Below are positions 58,501-64,000 of a stretch of DNA of 64,000 bases, piece by piece (within the stretch, counting starts at the first letter, position 1; each line of letters opens with the position of its first letter). A model generated the notes under the pieces. It was not told the DNA's origin. It ran no database searches and saw only the letters and a list, made by a program, of their open reading frames with translations. The translations under genes and the position numbers were made by a program. Source of the DNA: Macrostomum lignano (lineage: Eukaryota); the NCBI GenBank assembly GCA_002269645.1, contig NIVC01003619.1:23129-87128 (forward strand), read 5' to 3'.

Positions 58501-59737
58501 TGGCGGCCGGCTCCAGCCGCACCAGCCGCTGTTCCTGACGCGGCTGGCCAAGCAGCAGCGGCCGGAGCTGGCCGATCAAATCGGCCACCTGCAGGCCGCC
58601 TGGCGCGACCTCCGCCCGCTGCTGCTGTCTGAGCTGGACGGCCTCGACCCGCGACTGGCGGAGACCCCCGACAGGCAGCTGCCGGCCTGGGCGGCCCTGC
58701 CGCGGCCCGGTGGCCTCCTGCAGGGCCTCCTGCGCATCCTGTGCGACGCGCAGAACCGCCTGCTCGAGGCCTGCCAAGACCTCCTGCCGGATTCCGCCGC
58801 TGACGCCGCGGTCTTCGCCGTCGATGCCGGGCCGGGAGACGTGGCCGACCTGCAGCTCGAGCGCGACCTGCCGCCGCTCATCCTGCGCTGCCGCTCCTAC
58901 GCCCTCAGTGGCGGCGCCGGCGGCAGCGTCATCGATGCGAAGCTGGACGTCTCAGCGCTGGAGCGGCTGCTGGCCGACAGTCGCCTGCGCTCGCTGCCCC
59001 GCCTGCGCCCCGGCCTGGGCCGCCTCTCCACCTCCGCGACCGGTCCGGGCAGCGGCGGCTCCGTCGGCGCCCTGATGCTCCGGCTGCTGGCCACCCCGGA
59101 GGAGGATGCGGCCTCCGACGAGCAGCGGCGTCTGCTTGCCCGCTGGGCCGACCCCGACAGCGGCCACCTGCCGGCAGACCTGCCGTCGCTGACCCGCCTG
59201 GCCGAGCAGCAGCTGCCGGCCGCGGCCCGCCTGGCCGCTGCTGGAGGCCGCGAGCCGTTGCGCCGCCAGCTGGAGGCCGCCCTGCCCGCCGACGAGTCGC
59301 TGCTTGCCGCCGCCGCCGCCTCCCCGGCTGGGCTGGCGCGCCTTTGGCTGGCGGCGGACCTACGCCGCTGGGTCGGCTTGGCTGATGAGGGCCTGCGCCC
59401 GTTCGACGAGTTCCCGGGCGCCCCGGCTGCCGCTGTCGCCGAAGACTCGGCCGCCGCGCCGGCGCTGAAGCTCGGCGAGGCGTTCAAGCAGCGTCGGCAG
59501 CCGCTGATGCGGGCGCTGCACCAGCTGGTGGCGCTGTGGCTGTCCGCTGGCGACTCCGAGTCCCAGCTGCTTGACCTGCCGCTTGCTGAGGTCGCCGACT
59601 ATCTGGAGCCGCCGCCGCCCCAGCCGCTGAAGGAGGCCATCGGCGTGCTGGGCGAGGCCTTCGCCAACCGCCCGGATCTGCTGTGCAGGCAGGCCGGCCT
59701 GGTGTGGCAGGCGCTGTGCCTGGAGGTCTGGGCCTGA
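34549..59737 (+). CDS. RNF213: RNF213/mysterin-like giant AAA+ ATPase-E3 ubiquitin ligase, ~5,300 aa. Confident exons: 34549-36801, 36958-37232, 37734-37985, 38333-38585, 39039-39470, 39553-39663, 39752-39859, 39929-40100, 40175-40510, 41717-46962, 47524-48089, 48229-48637, 49224-49806, 50458-50616, 50706-50859, 51313-52045, 52242-52529, 52610-52704, 53255-53770, 54308-54941, 55627-55776, 55882-56152, 56242-56276, 56680-56880, 57392-57637, 58166-59737 (small exons at 37.3-37.7 kb and 41.1-41.6 kb unresolved)
   Basis: N-terminal C-x2-C...FC-x2-C ribbon as in RNF213; VTSARPGMGKS, PVVVMGETGCGKTRLVRFL, ILFFDEVN, FVAACNPYRRH, PLFLVGKPGSSKSLAK, EVGLAEDSPDMPLKSLHPLLE, ISNWALDPAKMNRG, EFFGLRDFFSLVK, IFGSSFPHD, LYDVLNQYY...YVDLGLGTHR|LKCKIHENFR...FPIPLINRMEKH, RING, FLPGMPHD, RZ finger. 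Confidence 0.95.
35040..35940 (+). repeat. Coding minisatellite, 30-bp (some 27-bp) unit encoding TMSDAEKTQA, ~30 copies
   Basis: In frame within RNF213-like exon 1; all length variants are multiples of 3. Confidence 0.95.
40612..40672 (-). ncRNA. Putative minimal type-I hammerhead ribozyme
   Basis: Minus strand CGACC-CUGACGA-U-GGU(CCAUGACGC)ACC-GAAA-C(GC)GUU-GG: conserved core, 3-bp stem II, palindromic AACGCGUU stem III typical of Penelope-type minimal hammerheads; stem I weak (2 bp plus a possible distal CAAU/AUUG). Confidence 0.55.
40815..40887 (-). pseudogene. tRNA-derived sequence (SINE-head-like or tRNA-Val(CAC) pseudogene)
   Basis: Minus strand ...CU-CAC-AA-UUGAAAGGUC-AAGG-GUUCGAUUC...: anticodon-loop-to-T-loop spacing is canonical (U33 to U54) with a B-box; D-arm/A-box absent and stems poorly paired. 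Confidence 0.4.
47015..47500. repeat. Intronic 33-bp minisatellite (CCATCCTGATGTCAGCTCCCCTGACAGATGATC, ~7 copies) followed by (GTCA)n microsatellite
   Basis: Fills intron 46963-47523; read through in frame by ORF 41731-48093 as PILMSAPLTDD and SQSV repeats. Confidence 0.95.
48670..49145. repeat. Intronic ~16-bp minisatellite CACCTCATCTTCACCC
   Basis: Fills intron 48638-49223. Confidence 0.93.
49880..50290. repeat. Intronic 28-bp minisatellite GAGGGTTTAAGACAGAGGTTTAAAGATG grading into GGAGGGTAGAGAT units
   Basis: About 9 near-identical copies, then degenerate units, in intron 49807-50457. Confidence 0.92.
50940..51200. repeat. Intronic 15-bp pyrimidine minisatellite CTCTCTCCCACCCTC
   Basis: Tandem copies in intron 50860-51312. 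Confidence 0.92.
52715..53215. repeat. Intronic 23-bp (some 27-bp) minisatellite CTGCATCCTGTGCACTCAGCTCA, ~20 copies
   Basis: Begins about 10 bp after donor 52705 and fills the intron. Confidence 0.95.
53266..53516 (+). other. C3HC4 RING domain of the RNF213-like protein with a 50-aa acidic insertion
   Basis: CCVC-x17-CGH-x2-CRDC-x50-CPVC. Confidence 0.8.
53930..54200. repeat. Intronic ~20-bp minisatellite CCCCACAATCCCCAAAATGC
   Basis: Tandem copies in intron 53771-54307. Confidence 0.9.
54921..55595 (+). repeat. Exon-end/donor-derived minisatellite (29-bp GTGCTGGGCATGGGGAACCAG|GTGAGCTG x3, then ~33-bp variants)
   Basis: The first unit spans the exon/intron boundary at 54941/54942; about 18 CAG|GT motifs follow. 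Confidence 0.93.
56242..56745 (+). other. RZ (RNF213-ZNFX1) finger split over a 35-nt micro-exon and the next exon
   Basis: Spliced peptide Y-L-CPSGHPYIITE|CGRPWTRGRCNVCQRQIGGAGH matches the recalled RZ pattern CPNGHP...ECGRP....C..C...IGG..H. Confidence 0.88.
56395..56645. repeat. Intronic ~37-bp repeat GTCTTGCTCATGAGGGCCAGTCCTCAAGGCGCAGTGT
   Basis: About 6 copies in intron 56277-56679. Confidence 0.9.
56935..57372. repeat. Intronic 16-bp minisatellite CTGACCCAACTCAACC, ~27 copies
   Basis: Fills intron 56881-57391. Confidence 0.95.
57628..58085 (+). repeat. Exon-end/donor-derived 25-bp minisatellite GATGATGCAG|GTGAGCAGCTGGTGT, ~18 copies
   Basis: The first unit spans the exon/intron boundary at 57637/57638. 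Confidence 0.94.
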
Positions 59738-62700
59738 GCTGCTCGCTAATTGAACTGGGTTTCTGTTCTACCGAAGACTGTGGATTTTTTGTACTGATTC
59801 TGGCGCACCCGGATCTCCGTGGGGAAGGCGGACTGTTGAACTAATATTTCATAGCGCCATCGTTTTCATTCCCCAAGCCCGCCTCTGCCGAAACTAAAAA
59901 TGGTAGGAAAAATTTCCCTAAAAATATACCGCTGATGAGCATTGCTCAGCATTTGGCGCCCCCAACAGTTCGTGACAGCTGGACTGTGTGTCCACGCGCA
60001 CTTGTCGGGGCAGCTGATAGCCGGTTCTTACAGTTCTCATAGCAAATGCTGGGAATAGTGCTAGCAAATCCTATAGGCAGGACGCCAGACTTCAGACTTA
60101 CTTCAGTTCGTGCAGAGTCGGCCCGGGATGCCGCTGGTTTGCTAAGTTGATTGCATGCACATTTATACGGCTTTTGATCTGATCTGCTTTCAAACATTTT
60201 AATATATTTTTTTTTGAAAAAATTGTCTGATTAAAAACTTTGCGTAAGCCCGCCCGTTAGCGATGCGCTTTCATACAAAACTCTAACACACAAGCTTTAC
60301 ATTTTCTTAACTTGCCTACAATACAGTAGCTTTGTTGATTGGCTCTTTTACATTATCACTTACGATTACATTGATTGCGGCCATCTGTTCTGCTGACTTG
60401 GTTATTTGACTTTAACTAAGCCTGGGCAGTTTTGCACTTTAGCTTTTTAAGCTGCATGCTGTACCAACTAAAGCAATGGCAAAGAAATGCTGCGGCATCC
60501 AGGCATATCAGGTGAGTAACCAGTATTGAAATGGGTTAAGATTTAAAAAAATTAACTAATGTAAGTAAGTTTCAATCGACCCTTAAACTTAGGAGTTGAG
60601 GAATGGAGTTCTGCAGTCCCAGCTGTATAGAAACGCCCATTCCTAACAGTATAATCTACGGACCCCCAGGAGCAGCTCAGCAGTAAACGCGCCTTACATG
60701 TTACATGTAGCCCCTTGTTCGTATGCGACCACATTCATTTGGGCTTTTGTACGAAATAGGACAGGAGGTGTCGTTTGAGTGTACATGCATGTAGATTAGA
60801 AAGTCAAATGGTATACGTAAACCATGTGTGATTGCGCCCATGCATATATCATGTATCCATGCGCACTTGTCGGGAGCCAGCTAGCCGAATGGAGCTTGCG
60901 GAATTGCATCAGCACTATACTGCATTGTGGGACGTTATTCATGAAGTGCATGCGGTTTTCCTCCTGAGAATATTTATTTATGTGCGAAATCCACTCCTAC
61001 GAGTATAATGCTTATAATCAACTTATAGGTCGCGCGTAGTTGCATGCTCACCATGAACGAACGCAATGTACATGTACATAACACGTACACGATCCTGACT
61101 TTTATAAGCGGATCCTTAGACTCCTTCAAGACTCATGTACCTGAACTTGACTATACCTTGATGGCATACATAGCCACATTTAGTGTTAAAATTTAGGAAT
61201 TTTTGCGCTTGACTCTTCAGACTTTCTACTACGCTCGTAGTTTCGTATGTGACGGGGGACTTGTGGAAAACTTCAGTTTTACTATCATTTTTACTATCAG
61301 TAGACTACTACGTAAGTTGTATCATATTTTGTATGAATTCTGTGTACGAGTACATTCATTGAATCGGCTTTTATATGTCGGCAAGTGATGAATTTTTAAC
61401 AAATCAATAGTTTGCCCAGCGCCCATCGTAACTCTCAGCCAATTACAATTCGCTGTATCATCTATCGTTTTATATTACTATTCGTTTTTCGTCGCTACTC
61501 AAAAAAATAAAAAAAAACTTGGCCAACTAAGCAAGCAAAATATATCAATTCAATTGAATATTGGACTGCGCTATACTTGCATTTTTCTTCGGTCTTGTTC
61601 GGTCTTGTTCTGCCAAGGACTGCCAGATTAAATTCGTCACACGTAGCACGGGACCCATTTACGAATTTACGAAATTTTGAACATTTTAAGGTAAAACAAA
61701 GCTATGTTTAGTTTTCGACTAATTCTTGAGAGTCTTATAAAAATGGTATCGTAATTTTTAGCTATAAAATAAATAAAAACAATCAAAAGAATTTTTTGTT
61801 TACGACGCAAAGTTTCTATAAAAATTTAAATACATTTTTTCACGATTTTCTTTAAACGATTTTTCTTTAAAATCTGTTGGTCAAGTCAGTTAACTTGATT
61901 GGTACTTATTAGGCTATTATATCGTTAAAAGCTTCAAGGAACGAATCAAGTTTGCACTACTAAAGTAAAACTAGAATAAAATAAACTCCAGGTAAAATGC
62001 CACTCTACGGACATCGCTTCTTTATGCAACATGATTTCGAGGCCCCTGTTGATACAGCCAGTACTAAGCTGGGTTCCACAGCTGATGTAAGTTAATTTTA
62101 CCCTCAACATACTTATAAAGTCTAGCTAACAAAGCTCACTAACAAATTCAAAAAATTAGATTTTTGTTTATAGTAATCTACTAAATTGGTTTGAAATAAC
62201 TATTAGCTAGGCTAGTTTAATTTAGCTTAAGTGCAGTGTCTCCTAGGCCTAAATACATAATTTATAACTATCATATTTTTCATAGGTCATTTTAAGCTAT
62301 TTTGGCGATCTTTCGGTTTCCTGCCTTAAAGTATTTTAATGTGATATTATATTAGTTTAATGGCAATTCTAAAATGATTCTAAAATGATCCATCCCGATT
62401 CTGAAGCAAATGATTACAATTCTGAAGTGAATGGTTTTGATTGATTTTTGATTTTTGATTTTTTTGATCGATTTGATTGGTTTTTGTTTTGAAGTGAATG
62501 GAAGTGAATAAACCCAATCCTAGTGAATGTTCCTGACCATGGAGTGAATTTTCCCTATCCTGAAGTGAATGATCCCAATTCTAAAGCAAATGATTTTGAT
62601 TTTGATTTTGATTAGCCACTGCTATCTACTATACTGCAACTAACTGACTAGGCATAGGTAATGGCTAGTTCCGGCACCGGAACCTGTTTTCTAATGGCTA

Positions 62701-63289
62701 TGGATCTGGCAGTCTTCTGCCACAGTCAGGAAGATGGTAGATTTCAGGCAAAATTGCGGTGCACACAGAGGATTTTTTGGTGCACACAGTGCAAATGGTG
62801 TAGAAGAAAATTTGATATATGCCGTGTGTGCCATAGAACGCACAAAGCGTTTTACCTAGCGCAGTCTATACTCCATAGTCTGGATCATGCTGGACTTACG
62901 CCGGAGGAAAAATCCAACATTTTTTGGCACTTATGCCAGACTTACGCCAACCAAAAAAAAGTCCCTCTGACTTACGCCACCCAAAAAAGGTCCCTCACAA
63001 TTCTTGTGAATAGAATAGAATAGAATAGAAGATTTACAATTAATCGGTGATTCATTAAATTCAGAAGTTGCAACTATTTAAAAATCTCACAAGTTGCAAA
63101 TTCTGAATCAAGAATCAAAGTAAGCATCTTGAAGCTAAAAAAACTTTTGCTATCCTACAATAGATATTCTGCTATCTCATTCATACGAACTGCAATATTT
63201 TAATGAACTTTGTTTTAATTTTGCTCTTTAACATCATAATTAACGCAAATGTGTAATGTTCTATAGTGATACATTTGATCGTGAATGAT

Positions 63290-63430
63290 CTCATTTGTGC
63301 CAACATTTATGCCACTTGATTTATGCCATGTACTTACACCAAGCACTTACACCAAGGCACATTTTGGCCTATACTTATGCCAAGCACTTACACCAGCCTC
63401 CGATCCCAAACCAGATTTATGCCGGAGATC
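63290..63430. repeat. Degenerate repeat cluster (TTATGCCA / CACTTACACCA motifs), MITE-subterminal-like
   Basis: Repeated TTATGCC and CTTACACC words. Confidence 0.45.
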
Positions 63431-64000
63431 TCCGGCGCGTAAACGACATGATTCCGGACTATGGTCTATACTGTATTAACTTCTTAGTTCACATGTAAAA
63501 CATAAAATACAATGACAAAATTGCCTTTTTAAAATTTAAAATGGGCACAAAAAGGTTTTTTAAATTATGGTAACAGTATATGTATACCTAAAAAAATTTA
63601 TAACAATCATTGTTTTTTTAAACTAAAGCAAAAATTAAAATACGTGTAAAATTATATACCTAAACACATAAATTTTTTGGCGCATGACGCATAGTTAAAA
63701 TTACAAAGGATTTGTTGCGGCGCACACAGCGCACCTTCCTGACCATGGGTCTTTTGCAGGCAATTATCTACTAATAAAGTCTTTGAACATTAGAAGTATC
63801 TTGTTTTGAATTTCATTGTTTTTGTTTTGATCTTATCTTGAACTAAATCCCAATATCAACAACCCGGTAAAAAAGTAAAATGTTTTTGCTATATTATACC
63901 TATAATTGCACTACCGAATACCACTGCCAGAATCAGCCGTATCCATAGCCATTAGAAAATGGGTTCTGGTGCTAGAGCTCTAGCCATTGCCCTAGGCCTA

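Noticed and set aside
41900-59487. Numerous minus-strand and alternate-frame ORFs over the RNF213-like and NACHT-WD exons
   Set aside because: Shadow ORFs expected from very high GC and biased codon use; no recognisable motifs.
59930-59955. CTGATGAG motif as a possible second hammerhead
   Set aside because: Followed by CATTGCTCAGC with no GAAA or stem III; only a short palindrome.
60476-62086. Possible first exons of a further + strand gene (ATG...MAKKCCGIQAYQ|GTGAGT at 60476-60511; CTCCAG|61992-62086|GTAAGT)
   Set aside because: Splice signals are plausible but the peptides match nothing I recognise and no downstream exons are evident; too weak to call.

Overview
Eukaryotic (animal) genomic DNA with GC-rich exons, AT-rich spacers and introns filled by minisatellites. 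This style fits a free-living flatworm such as Macrostomum (inference, not proven). Five protein-coding genes can be reconstructed by hand from splice sites: HSD17B10/scully-like dehydrogenase (+, 4570-5781, 3 exons); a divergent intronless GOSR1/Gos28-like tail-anchored SNARE (-, 6856-7587); fascin/singed (+, 15777-21252, 7 coding exons); an NWD1/NWD2-type DUF4062-NACHT-WD40 protein (+, ~23586-32464, 11 exons); and a full-length ~5,300-aa RNF213/mysterin-like AAA+ ATPase/E3 ligase (+, 34549-59737, >25 exons) with N-terminal Zn ribbon, RING and RZ finger. Spacers hold MULE and hAT transposon remnants and hAT-type MITEs with 8-bp TSDs. Main unexplained patterns: (1) most introns carry their own private minisatellite, and several arrays are seeded exactly at a splice donor or stop codon, with distal copies carrying weakened donors; (2) a minimal hammerhead ribozyme core with a tRNA-derived segment upstream, antisense in an RNF213-like intron; (3) sharp CpG deserts directly 5' of start codons, some CTAG-enriched; (4) RNF213-like peculiarities (TQ-cluster repeat, acidic RING insertion, Walker B D-to-E, RZ finger split by a 35-nt micro-exon). 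All coordinates, copy numbers and dinucleotide counts were read by eye and are approximate.
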